DNA of 63,817 nucleotides, filler included, from Reticulomyxa filosa (GCA_000512085.1; 21 parts of 21 records of this genome joined end to end with filler, not necessarily neighbours in it), one strand, 5' to 3'. Numbered from the whole stretch's first letter, positions 1 through 12,412 are shown. Made by a program: numbers and translations. The notes: generated from the sequence alone by a model not told the origin.

Positions 1-1540
1 ATTGGCGGTTCAATGAGATTGGTTGCCATTATTGTTGTTCTTTCTTGTGTGCAACCATTCAACGTACCAAAGGTTACTACGCGGTTTCAGTCCAAACCAC
101 ATCGATCCGGATCCAATTATAAATACTCGCACTTCATTATCCTATCCAACAGCAATAAACGATCCCGGAGATAGTTCACAAAGATTTTTCGATAAATGCA
201 AAAGGCACGTAACTCTTGCAGCAATGAACCAACTCTTCCTGTCTTTCTCGCGAGACCGTCTATCAGCATACACATCATTAAAAACCCAAAGTTGCGCATG
301 TGCGCACGCAAACAATCAGCTTTGAATATTGTTTTGCATCCATAAGATTAGCGCAAGTTCTATAACAATCGCACTTTCCTTATTCGTTGGCGCTATACAT
401 CGCATTTCGACACTTTTGCCAGTGCTTTGCCATGACAGAGATTATCATGTAGAGACTTGTGTATGCCTACGTTGATGGCAAACAAGTTTTCCCAATATTC
501 GAGCTGCAATTACATTGATATTGTAGCCCCACTTCCATTGGGGAGGGGCGCTATAGGAAGTAAGTCCATGTCCGAAAATGCGCAAAGTCGCCATTTGAGG
601 ACATGAATAAGCAATTCATAATGATAATCTAATTGTTTTTTTATAAAAAAAAAACAAACAAATATAACGCAGTATGGCACCTGGATACTCTTCTCTTCGT
701 CATCATTGCAGTCTTCTTCTTCTTGCTGCTGGCGTCTTGATTGGTCTCGCAGCTCCTTTCACAAATTGGGCCATCACTCTCAATGCAGTGGTCTACTCTA
801 TCGCAATGCATTATTTCCAAAACAACGTCCACTTTTTTTTCTTCTTGACTGTCACTTCTTCGCCCAATTCCGTCATTGCCACTGTTGCAATACCATGATG
901 CCAATATCATTTCTACTTTTTCGCAATTCCTTTTCTTTCTTGGCGGGCTTGCTTTTGTAGTTTGCGGCAATAATATTTCGATTGTCCTCGATTTAACTGA
1001 GGAATCTTGCGACAGTCACAATGCTGTCTTGTATTTGATGTCCTCCAACTACGAAGTTTATTCGCTATCGTCACTCTTGCGATGAGTGACACAACTTGGA
1101 CTGGATAATGGCTGCGTAGTCATTGGCGTGAGTATGTCCAATAACCAACATTTTGATCGGTAACATTCTTATTTCTTTTTTTTCATTCTTGCGCGTGTCC
1201 GTTGCTGTTGCCACTATCTTTTTTTTTTTTTTTTGCGTTAACTCCTTCTTTCTTCATTGCGTCCCATTGTTCAGTGTTGTTCTTGAGTTCGCCCACAATT
1301 CCTACGAGGTTCATAATTCAACATTCACGTCGATTCTCGTGTATTGCCAAAAAGTTTATGTCGATCGCGATTCTTCCAATCGCAACCATTATTCAATCTT
1401 CAAATTTGCGCATACGCGCACGTACACTAAATTGATAGAAGCGATCCGTCTACGCTCCTCGATTTCGGCGTTCAGAATTTTGCGCCAAGTTCAGTAACGG
1501 CCAGTGTTCCTTGTTCTTTGGCTCTGATCTGTCTCCGCTG
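1..1540 (-). pseudogene. Degenerate repeat, two diverged units, probably derived from the AP-3 beta-adaptin trunk
   Basis: Stop- and frameshift-riddled sequence homologous to 56950-57995. The minus-strand motif gccgttactgaacttggcgcaaaa (~1478-1501, reads AV-LNLGAK across a frameshift) recurs at ~346-371 and 57216-57240. It resembles AP3B LQILNLGAK. Confidence 0.5.
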
Positions 1541-2235
1541 CTCTTTTTCTTCTTGTCTTCTTCTTACTTCTTCTTTTTTTCTTTTATCCCCTTTTTCCCT
1601 TCATTTTTTTCTCTTTTTCTTTTTATTTTTCTCTTTTATCTTTTTTTTTTTCTTTTTTTCTCATTGACATTTTTTTAATTTTTTTAATTTTCCAACTTTT
1701 TCATTTTTTTTATCTTCTTAAATAAAATTTTTTACATTTTTTTACATTTTTTCCTTTCTTAAATAAAATTACTCCCTTTTGTCTTCTTAAATAAAATTTT
1801 TTCCAAAATTTTCCCTTTTTTTTCAAATACATTTTCCCCTCCCTTTTCCCATACATTTTTTCCATTTATTTTTATTTTCCCCCAACTTTTCAAATAACTT
1901 TTTCCCCACCCTTTTTTTCACAATATATTTTCCCATCTATTTTCCCACATATTTTTCCCTAAAATTTTTTCCATTTATTTTTCTTTTCCCCTAAATTTTC
2001 CCAAATAAAAATAAAAATATAAAAAATATAAAAAAATATAAAACTTTTTCCATATCGTTTTGTCTTGATTCCTATAACAAATCACAAAGCGAAAGATTTT
2101 TTTTATAAAAAAAAAGACAAACATACTTTGCTTGTGGAGCTAAGATCTCCAATTCCAATCTTCTATTCTTTTTTCTTTGTCACATATGAGGGGGGGAAGA
2201 ACAATTTTTTTTTTGATGGGGGTATGCCTATTAAC
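1541..2235 (-). repeat. Non-coding head and purine/pyrimidine-skewed low-complexity tract of the same repeat family
   Basis: The reverse complement of 2120-2235 (aataggcatacccccatcaaaaa...ttggaattggagatcttagctc) aligns with 56328-56435 (aataggcatgcccccatcaaaaa...ttggaatgagagcttttagctc). Both are followed by a G/A-rich tract. Confidence 0.75.
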
Positions 2236-3028
2236 ACACACACAGTCAAACATTTGATACAAAAAATAAAAATATAAAAATATAAAAATGCAAACTCTTT
2301 TATTTTTTTTTAATGCGGGGTGGCTTCAACCCCAAAGTTTTTCTTTTGGAGTGTATTGGGACTCCTTTTTTTTTTTGAATAGACGGGCTACGGCTGTATC
2401 GAACAACAACCATTTTATTATTTTAAAGAAAAAATATATACATATATATGTATATAACAAACCTTGCTTTCTCCTTGCGGAGACGGAGGGCCTTACCCCT
2501 TTTACTTTTTTTTCCTTTTGTTGGAGGATGCACAGCACCCAAAACCATTTTTTTGCAAAGTGGACAGCAGCTGAAAAAACAAGACCACTTTTTAAAGTTG
2601 AAAAAGTATATTAAAAAATAAAAAAGACATACAGGTGGGACAGAGCGTATAACGCCCTAATTGCGAGTTGTTACGACGACAACAACAAAAAAAAAAAATC
2701 CTTTTTTTTCAACAAGACGTAAACGCACAACTCATGAATACTTATAGAAAAGATACCAAAGTTGCAATTTTTTGAATATTTTGACAAAATAACTTGAAAA
2801 AAAGAATTGTTAAAATTTTTGGATATTATTTCATTTGTGATTCCAAAAACGGATTAACCACATACAGTTGAAAATTAAAATTTTTTTGGAATGAACCTCG
2901 ACTTTTTCTTTGGAAGAGAAAAAGTTTTCCCTGTAAAAAGCAAAATGGAACGTTGTAACAAAGAAAAACGTGAGTTTTAAGGGTTCCATAGTGTTTTTTG
3001 CTGATAAGCGCATTGGTTCAAATTATTT

Positions 3029-3625
3029 ATGGATGATTGTGTTCGATCATGGACCATATCAATTTGCAACTTGATATCAATAACAGGCCCAGTAGTGCAC
3101 TTGATCTGGATTTGTCAAGCCAAGTTGGAGAACTACCCAATATTTTTGTTTTTGGCATATATCTCGATAGGATTTACATTTTGCACGTTTGTGTTGGCAC
3201 CATTACAATTTGGCAATGGATTAATATTTAAGAAGCCACACCAAGAGAAATCGGGAACCGCGTCTGTCCACAATATAAATGCATTTGATACTCACCTTGT
3301 GGACACCGGAGGACTGATGACACCAAACATCCGAATATTTGTAAGTTGCATGTGTTGCATAATTTTGGGAGCGATCGAACTGTACGTCGGATATGTATAT
3401 CGTAGTCATTTTTACCAATTGCATGTGGTCGCAATGATATGCAGTGGATTGGACTGTTTCTTAACCACGATATTGTACGTTACCTCGATCAACACAAGCA
3501 TTTTTGCTTATAACAAACGCAAGCAATTGGTTTTGATTTTGGAATCTTTGCAAACATACTTTGCCGTTTTTTGCGTCAAAAGTATCAGGAGTTGGAGAAA
3601 TTTCGGTCGCAGTCATTCAGTTTAA
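3029..3625 (+). CDS. Hypothetical multi-pass membrane protein (198 aa)
   Basis: Intact ATG-to-TAA ORF with 4-5 hydrophobic segments, set in AT-rich flanks. Confidence 0.6.
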   Translation: MDDCVRSWTISICNLISITGPVVHLIWICQAKLENYPIFLFLAYISIGFTFCTFVLAPLQFGNGLIFKKPHQEKSGTASVHNINAFDTHLVDTGGLMTPNIRIFVSCMCCIILGAIELYVGYVYRSHFYQLHVVAMICSGLDCFLTTILYVTSINTSIFAYNKRKQLVLILESLQTYFAVFCVKSIRSWRNFGRSHSV

Positions 3626-4171
3626 TAATAAAAAAAAATTTTGTTTTTTTCGTATTACAAAAAAAAAAAAGTGATAATTGTCACCCAATCAAATTGTGAT
3701 CACATCACTCAGCCAATCAAAAACAGTCAATGTGCAATCCAACGAAACAATAGCAGGAGCGCCCCGTTCAGTCTCCAGATCGGTGATTGATGATAAAGAC
3801 AGACTTCAGTGTTGAGGCCTACTCAGTCGGAACAGCTATTATCGAAGCAACGGGAATCGATAGCACAAGAGGTAACCGAAATTGACAACACGCGAATGAG
3901 TATGTATTTGCAGAAAGGTCGCATTAAAACGAGCATGCGCCTGAGTTGGTGTCGCTGCAATCACGGAGCAGTAGTCTAAGTCAAGACGCCGTTTTGTATG
4001 ACAGCCAAGTCCCGTTACCGGCAATGAAAGAAGACAACGAAGAGGCGATAGTGCCCGCCGCAGTTAGTGGGAAACGAGCAAAGACATGGCAGCCAACAAT
4101 AACACGAATAACGGGGGGGGGTGGGAATTTGTTGTCCAACACTCGTGAAATCGATCGTGGCAATGCATTCA

Positions 4172-4271
4172 NNNNNNNNNNNNNNNNNNNNNNNNNNNNN
4201 NNNNNNNNNNNNNNNTTAATTAATTAANNNNNNNNNNNNNNNNNNNNNNNNNNNNNNNNNNNNNNNNNNNN
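4172..4271. other. Artificial contig spacer (first of 20 identical spacers)
   Basis: 44 N + TTAATTAATTAA (stops in all six frames) + 44 N, repeated identically through the window. Confidence 0.99.
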
Positions 4272-4330
4272 AAGTTTAAAAAAAAAAAAAAGAAATGTTT
4301 TGATTTTTTTTTTTTTTTGAATGATCACAG

Positions 4331-5382
4331 ATGACTTGGTTGGAGTCAACAAAGACTCGTATTTAATATTGGATAAATTACCGGCGGAATATGACTCGCG
4401 TGTAAAAGCGATGGAAGTGGACGAGAAACCCTCGGAAGATTATAACGACGTCGGCGGGCTGGATAAACAGATCGAAGAGTTGGTGGAGGCCGTGGTGCTG
4501 CCGATAATGCACGCGGAACGCTTTGAACAGATCGGCATCCAACCCCCAAAGGGAGTGCTACTGTATGGTCCGCCGGGCACGGGCAAAACCCTGCTCGCGC
4601 GAGCCTGTGCGAACCAATCGAAAGCCACGTTTTTGAAGCTGGCCGGACCACAACTAGTCCAAATGTATATTGGCGACGGTGCGAAGATTGTTCGAGATGC
4701 CTTTGCCCTGGCCAAGGAAAAAGCACCGGCCATTATCTTTATTGACGAGTTGGACGCCATTGGCACCAAACGATACGATAGTGATAAAAGTGGAGATCGA
4801 GAAGTCCAAAGAACCATGTTGGAACTTCTCAATCAATTGGACGGCTTCAGCAGTGATGTCCGCATCAAAATCATTGCCGCCACCAACCGAGCCGATATCC
4901 TTGACCCCGCTTTGCTTCGAAGTGGCCGTATTGATCGAAAGGTCGAATGTCCATTGCCTAATGAAATTGCCAGAGAACGCATTCTTAAAATCCATGCTAA
5001 GAAAATGACTTGTCATCCTGGTTCATATTATATATACATACATATATATTGTATATGATCATATTATGTGAAAATATTATGAGAAAGAGAGAGACACATT
5101 AGTCTGTATTGATGTATAAAGCATATGTATATAATATCTGTGTTGATCGATTTTTTTGCCTTTGCTCTTGCTTTTTTTTGCTCTCTCAAAAAAGATGTCA
5201 ACTTCAAAGAATTAGCTCGTTGCACAGAAGATTTCAATGGAGCTCAATTGAAAGCTGTCACTGTTGAAGCTGGTATGTTAGCTTTGAGAAGAGAAGCTGC
5301 GGAACTAAGACACGAAGATTTCATGGAAGGCATTGCCGTTGTTCAAGCTAAAAAAAAAACCGATTTGCAATATTATGCGTAG
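4331..5382 (+). CDS. RPT5: 26S proteasome AAA-ATPase subunit 6A (Rpt5), 5'-truncated; exons 4331-5020 and 5195-5382
   Basis: Walker [24 protein letters not shown], Walker [13 protein letters not shown]-terminal HbYX tail QYYA. GT-AG intron 5021-5194 restores [11 protein letters not shown]. Confidence 0.97.
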
Positions 5383-5747
5383 AAAAGAAACAAATTACAA
5401 TCTTTTTTTTTGTTTTTTGTCGTACAAAAAAAAAAACAATGCTTCAATTGATTATTGTCATCTTGCATCGCTGCCATTTTTTGTTTTGTTTGTTCGTTTG
5501 TCTTGCTTGGCATCTTCATTCATTCATATTCACGAGGCTAAAAATCTTGTGAACTTAAAATAGTTCAATACAAGCATCTCCTTTTATTAATAAATAAAAG
5601 GAGACATTGCACGAAGAAATTGAAAATAACAAACCTCTTCTCTTTCCTATTGCGTTTTTATTTCAAAATAAAAATAATCGAACTTTTTAGTAATAAAGGA
5701 GAACGCAAAAAAAAAAATCCTTCTTCCAATCATTCATTTTGTTTAGA

Positions 5748-6250
5748 ATGTCATCAGCTACATTGGATCTTGAAGAATTTGTTCGTCGTACCCAAGAAAC
5801 AGAAACGGCGCTCGTAGGGCTTAGACATACCCTGACCGAAGGGACGTCGAAGCCAAACGACAACATTTCAGCGAAGCAAAGAGAGCATATTCGCGAAGAA
5901 CTTTTGAAAATTATGGAAGAGGTGCAGAAAGATCAAGCTACCATAGCACGACAACAACAAGTGATCGATGAGCTGAAAGAATCTTCAAAATTTGCAAAAC
6001 AAGGCCTTCAACAAGTTGCTTACAATGTCTCAACAAAAATAACTTACTTTTTTTGTTTTATTTGAAACACCAATATTTCCTGGGAGAGAAAAAAAGCATG
6101 AACAATATTGAATTTATATACTTACAGACAAGACAAGAAATATTGATTCAATCCGCCTTAAATAATAGTCCTGAAGTTCGTACTTCTCTTAAAAAACTGC
6201 TTCAAGAGTTGAAAGCAGAACTTTCGCAAATCCAAAAAAAAAATGGATAA
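5748..6250 (+). CDS. Small coiled-coil hypothetical protein; exons 5748-6026 and 6128-6250
   Basis: An in-frame GT-AG intron (6027-6127) joins two ORFs with heptad-like E/K/Q/L composition. Confidence 0.6.
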
Positions 6251-6627
6251 TTGTTCAAAGTTTGGTGTTGTTCTTCTATCCATTGATCTCATTTATTTTA
6301 AACTTCTTGGAATTATTTTTTCTTATTTCGTTGGGTTTTTTCTCTCATCAGCCCAACTACATTCATCGTTTACAAGGGCACGTCAAAGAATTTTTGCTGT
6401 TATTGAACTGAATAATTCATTGCAAAAAAATATCATTGATCACTACCAAAAAGTACAAAGGTAAAAACAGTTTTCTTTCATATGTCTTCCAATTGAGGTG
6501 TATTTTTCTTTTGAAAAATAGTTTTGTTTACCGCGAGAAGATTGGAAATTTCATTAACTACAACAGGGAGTTTTTTTTAAACAAAAAGGGGGAAGGCGAG
6601 GATGAAAATCCATCTCCTTGATAAATC

Positions 6628-7073
6628 ATGTTCATCATGCGAATATTTTCATCACCTGTAATAAATAAATCACGAAATAATGTCAATATCTCACATTGTA
6701 CATCCCTGTCAAAAAAATTGAGACCATGTCATATATTTCTTCCACAGCTAGTTGGGAGAGCAAAAGGCAATTGGTATTTTTCAATATCAACAGAGAAGCA
6801 GCCAAAGGTAAGAAGAGGACAAAGAGAGAATGTCAAACACTTGCAAAAAAAGGCATTAATTTACAAAATGGCAACCGTTAAAAAAAAGCCAAACAAAACG
6901 AAACAAAACACAAGAAGCCGAAATCAACGGAAGGAACAAAAGAAATGAAAGTGAAACAAGTGAGGAAAAAGCAACAAATTCGAATGAAAATAATGAAAGT
7001 GAAGAAGATAGTCATTTTGAGATCCATGGATATCGATCGCTATCAGTGATATCTAAGTTGATATAAATATAAA

Positions 7074-7116
<43 letters not shown>

Positions 7117-8331
7117 AAACAAAGAAAAGCATTGGACCCAAGCAAGTCGTCACTCTCATTTTTTCAAAAGCGAGTGTTAGAAGACAAGAAGAAAAAGGAT
7201 CGGAACAGAGCCAATAAGAAAGCAGTAATCCCTGGGATTGAAAGTGCAAGAGAGGTGTCCTCTTTGGACACATCGCCTTTACCGTCAATCTACGAGCCAA
7301 CAATGCCGCTGAGTCGGTTGAAGAAAGCAGTCGTTGTAACTGCTGTTTCCAACAATAACAACAGCGATGATAATGATGATGACATGGACAGCAATGATAA
7401 CACAATAGTCAAAAGGTCCCCGGTCATTGCGTATCAAGTGTGGCATTCGCCACCCGAAGTCTACGATGCCATATATGGATTCGACGCCGACTGTGAGCCT
7501 CCAGATCGACACAATTTGAAGTGGAACTGGCTCTACAAAGCCTGGGGATATTACTCCGAACGGAAGTTTTTCCATCGCTGCTGTTTGTACGCCTTTGTCA
7601 AAGCACAACGCAGATGTGCACGCAATGAATTTTGGAAAAGTTTTGTTTTATATATTTATATAATATATATATATATGTATATAAATATATATTTATTTAT
7701 ATTTGTATATTAGTCTTTGAACTCGAGAATTCATTTCGTGTGCAATTGCAACTGTTGGGATTGCACATGTGGCTAGTCAAGTGTCGCTGTCTTCAATTTC
7801 CAATGCCCAAGTCGGTCAAATTGTCTCGCAAAATGTTTCAAACGATGACTGAACAATTGCCAAATCGATTTGCCAAACACATCCAAGGATTTGTTTCGTT
7901 TTTCTTTTTTTTCTCTCTCTTTCTCTTTTTCTCTCTACGCATGTAACGCATGCAGTGCATGTTTTATCTCCCTTTCTCTTTTGCAAATCTTGGTTTATGT
8001 GTGTTTCCAAACTGTTGTCTTGGACAAAGAAATCACAATGGATGGCAAATTGCCAAAATGCTTTGCTGCATTTAATGGTTTCATTGGATCATGCATCCGA
8101 TGATTACAATGAAGATCGTCAAGCGTATGCCAAAGTCATTTGGAAGTTTCAATCTTTTGTCACATTTTTTTAAAAAGACCTTACAAAAAAAAGATGAATA
8201 GTGGCATCCAAAAAAAAAAAAAAAAAAAAAGTGAACTGTATTTATCGAATCGAGACATGGACCACGATGTTTTGTATTTATGGACAGAGTATATATTGAA
8301 AGAAAAAACAAAATTTGTTGAAAGTGAATGA
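6628..8331 (+). CDS. Cbp3/UQCC1-like ubiquinol-cytochrome c chaperone, multi-exon, probably 3'-truncated
   Basis: Basic, Ser-rich N-terminus resembling a mitochondrial presequence. Later exons read FELENSFRVQLQLLGLHMWLVKCR and LDHASDDY..AYAKVIW, matching the Cbp3 pattern F..F....LHxW. Exon boundaries are approximate. Confidence 0.6.
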
Positions 8332-8504
8332 GTTTGAGTTTTTAANNNNNNNNNNNNNNNNNNNNNNNNNNNNNNNNNNNNNNNNNNNNTTAATTAATTA
8401 ANNNNNNNNNNNNNNNNNNNNNNNNNNNNNNNNNNNNNNNNNNNNTAATGATGAAGTTGGTAAATATTAATTTTTTTTTTTTGTTGAATCTTAAATTATT
8501 CCTT

Positions 8505-8900
8505 GATTATCAAATGGCTTATTCCAAGCATGTTAACTATGTCTATGGCAATGCAGCAAGGAAACTTAGTTATTTGACTTATTTATGTTCATACAAAGGA
8601 ATTAGACCAAGTTTATCCATTTATAATCTATTTTACAAGACCATCATCCGTCCAAGTCTTGATTATGCATCTGCATTTTGGAATGATGCAGATATCAATT
8701 AGAAACGATTGGAACGAATACAAATAATTGTAATTTGTCGAATTATTGGTCTGATGAACCAAACTTCGTATGACACAGTCAATGTTATATCACAACTTTC
8801 TCCTCTTGAATGGCGACGAAGACAATAAAATGTGAAGTTATATCACAAGTGTATCAGATGGTCATGCCGATTCAATGATCTTAATCTTGTATTGGCACAC
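8505..8900 (+). mobile_element. Decayed non-LTR retrotransposon fragment (region C-terminal to the RT core)
   Basis: KHVNYVYGNAARKLSYL..LFYKTIIRPSLDYASAFW, then after a stop KRLERIQ..TSYDTVNVISQLSPLEWRR, typical of LINE ORF2 post-RT sequence. Internal stops are present. Confidence 0.75.
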
Positions 8901-10575
8901 AAGATTTGTAATGAATCAAGACCAAAGACACATCTAAATTATATCTCATAGATTGGCAAACTATCTACATTATCCAGTGTTTGTATCCATGCAGCTATTA
9001 GATTAAAGAAAAAAAAATTACCTAAATAAATGTGGTAAAAAGTGCTGTCTTGATCATTCATCACAAATTTTCGACCAATCCAAAGAAACAGACTGCACGT
9101 GACAGCTCATTGGTGACTCACTGCCATTGTCTTCAAATTAAGTAGTATTGGACCTAATTCCAAGAATAGTCCGTTTGTTTTCATTTGGTAATACAAAATT
9201 ATCACTGTTCCGAGTTGTCACTGGAGGCGATGATTGCCCTTGTGATCTTTTCATCGATACAAAAAGACTCAATAACAACCACAACATTTTTCACAATGTT
9301 TGTCTTTTTTTTTTAATGCATTTTTCCCTTTCCCTCCTGCTTGTTTGAGTTAATGTTACATTTGGATTGGTTTTGATTTTGATTATTATTGCGTTAACTT
9401 TAAGAAATAAAAAGGCTTTCTTTGAAATGAAGTTTCTTTATATTTTGTTTTATTTTTTTTGAGAGAAGAGCCCACTCTTGTTGACAATTCGCAAAAAATT
9501 TTCAATTGTTGGTACAAATAGTAGTTTTTTTTTTAGATTTTATGCACAATTGAGTGAATTTTTTGTACTTTTTTTTGATAAGTCAAAATACAAATTACTT
9601 TATGTAATGGTTGTGATAAATGAAGTGTTGGTTGTGGATACAACACAAATTATTATTTCAATTTGTACCGATTCAAATATCAATGACAATGATAATAATA
9701 ATGGCACAGTCTAATGCAATATCGATACTAAATTTTTTAATACCTTTTTATTTAGTTGGCCTAAAATGAAAGAAACTGTACACATAAAAATGAAAAGCGA
9801 CAAAATACTCAATCATTTAAAGATAACAATTATATGTTATCATAACTCTTTTCCAGATCATTGATATGTTTTTTTAGAAAGAAAATTTTCAGATGTTTGT
9901 TTGTAGAGTTTTTTTATTTTATTTTGTTGTTATCTAGTGTCACAATTGAATATGTTGAACGGGCTGACAACAATTTGATTGTTCTTATCAATTTCTTTTC
10001 TCTTTGTTCATTAATAAAATATTTTTGATTATATTTGTACAGTTTCCTGAAAGAATGTCAGAATAGATTGTAATAAAAGTGAATAAGTTACCGTAGTTTG
10101 AAACGTAAACAGGTAAATGTCCTGATTTATTAACAAAATATGTAACACTAGTATCTAAATGTATTTATTTGACATATTATTTGAAGAAATTGATATGTTA
10201 GAACATATCAAACAGCAATGTGGTGATTATGAGAATGATTTTATGATACCAGTAACAAATGTTTGTATATTTGATATAAATGAAAAACATGCACTACATG
10301 GTGTATATACATGTTTAGTTAATATTAAAAAAAATTAATTCAAGCAAACAATAGCTTCTCATAAAAATCTAACTTAAGATTGTTTTTACGTGACAAGGTG
10401 GACAACACATTCTTGTTAATTGATGAATATCATTTCCTCTCAAGAGTGAGCAGGAAGTGAATAATTTTATTGAAANNNNNNNNNNNNNNNNNNNNNNNNN
10501 NNNNNNNNNNNNNNNNNNNTTAATTAATTAANNNNNNNNNNNNNNNNNNNNNNNNNNNNNNNNNNNNNNNNNNNN

Positions 10576-10800
10576 CCTAATTTAATGTTTAATGTTCGAA
10601 TCCAATGATGGATAATGATTTGGGTCTCTTCTTCTTTTGACTGTTTTAATCATAAAGCAAAATGAGAAAAACAATAATAACAAAAACGTAAAAAAACAAA
10701 TTAAACAAAACTTTCATTACTAAGCTAAAGTATCTTTTTTTTTTTTTCTTGAGATGATCTTTGATGATGCAAGATGATGAAAAAAATGCTTTTCAACTTT
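10576..10800 (-). CDS. 5' portion of a WD40-family paralog, cut by the contig start
   Basis: 10576-10650 is near-identical to 41802-41870 (EEEIQIIIHHWIRTLNIKLG exon). The upstream motif cttgagat..tctttgatgatgc is shared with 41980-42020. Confidence 0.7.
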
Positions 10801-11677
10801 TTTTTTTAAGCTCACAAATGATCAATAAAAAATCGAATGAATTTGTGTTATTTAATAAATATAAACTTGTATTTTTCGTTCCTATTGGAAAGAAACCTTC
10901 TTTTTGTTATTGCAAACAATTAATAAATCTCTAAAACTGTACAAAAAGAATATGAGTAAAATGAAGGACTTGTTGAAACTGGAATAACTTTTAATTTTTA
11001 GTATTTTTGCTTCTTTACTAATAAAGAAGGTTTTGTTTTTCAATCAAAAAGAAACTTGCAAACTTTTTGGAGTCGACAAGGATTCTTTGTTTTAATTTCT
11101 AAAGTTTACTCAAAATTATAGGAATGGGCTATTTGAATGCACAAGAATGTACAACTAACTATTAATTATTTTTTTTGAAAACTCATTTCAAACAATTACA
11201 ATCAATAGTTTACGAATTATTTCCAGACTGAACCATTCAATTTAGAGTCATTCTTTGTCCAATGTTTTTTCGTTTGTTTTTTTATTTTTTTTTTATGACA
11301 AAGAGTTCTCTTCAAAATTACTTTTTTTGCAAATATGCAATTAGTCCATAAATACGTTCAAGAAAAAGATAGTAATGATTTTGTCACAATTTGGTGAACA
11401 ATAAAAAAATAAAATGGATAATTTTCCATTGTTCATCCAATCTCTCAAAAGTACAAAATACTAACATTTTAATACACTTTATCCTTGTCTAAATAATTTC
11501 CAAAAACATAAAATGGGGAGACAAAATTCAGTGCAATCATCAGCCTCTCAGGAGCGTTTTTCCTTTAAAATGTAAAAAATATCCTGCCGTGTTTCTTACT
11601 TTTCTTTGTCAATCAAAACGTGTGAAAAAAACTAATTTTGATTTGTTTGTATTTACAACAAGCATTCAGGGTATATT

Positions 11678-11900
11678 CCTAAACATATCAAATATCGTCA
11701 AATTCATAAACAAGCTTTATACAATATTTATTTCAGAAATGCCATACATTTGGTACAGATTTTGAGCAAGTGTTTGTAGATATGGAATGGTTTTTGCAAT
11801 ATTCTGGGTTCAAAAAAGGAAATGACAATAATTGGTATTATCAATATGAACATATTCAATTATTACATCTGTGGAAATGTTATCAAGCATAGATTATTTT
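11678..11900 (+). pseudogene. PUB-like domain fragment, paralog of the 45921-48770 gene
   Basis: Translates across a frameshift as KHIKYRQIHKQALY..KCHTFGTDFEQVF..GFKKGNDNNWYYQ..LLHLWKCY. The paralog reads TKYRQINTESF..KCDRLG..GFQQETDGNWYYH..LPLWQRY. Confidence 0.65.
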
Positions 11901-12412
11901 ACGTAGAAAAATATGATATCGTTCAACCTGTGTAAAAAAAAAATTATGTATTGAAAACAAGATCAAAATGAAGCTTACAAATGATTGTTATATTAAAGTT
12001 TGTTTTCACTAATAAAAGTTGACAGATAACAAACAATAAAATCATTTTGTTATTTTTTTGATATTTTTTTTGTTTAGTCAAAGTGTGTTTGTTTTATTGC
12101 AAAAGTTTACTTGAAGTATTTTTGTAAATAATATTTGAATTTTAATCAATAGTTATTCCCAAATATGAATAGTACCATTAGCTGAACCATAGTATAAATT
12201 AAAATTATAACCTTTATTTATTTTATTATCAGTCTTTTTTGTCTTTTTCGATAATACAAATTTAAGACATCTCAATTTATCTACTTTGATCAAATGCAAT
12301 TCCTTCTTATTTNNNNNNNNNNNNNNNNNNNNNNNNNNNNNNNNNNNNNNNNNNNNTTAATTAATTAANNNNNNNNNNNNNNNNNNNNNNNNNNNNNNNN
12401 NNNNNNNNNNNN

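Noticed and set aside
1780-2005. TTTTCCCC-like runs as telomeric repeats
   Set aside because: Irregular, internal and of T/C rather than T/G or C/A strand composition; part of the dispersed repeat.
3740-4171. rRNA fragment
   Set aside because: No universally conserved SSU or LSU motifs found on either strand.
4172-4271. Regularly recurring TTAATTAATTAA palindrome as a biological repeat or array
   Set aside because: Always embedded in 44+44 Ns; it is a synthetic six-frame-stop linker. ORFs ending in X..LIN are artefacts of it.
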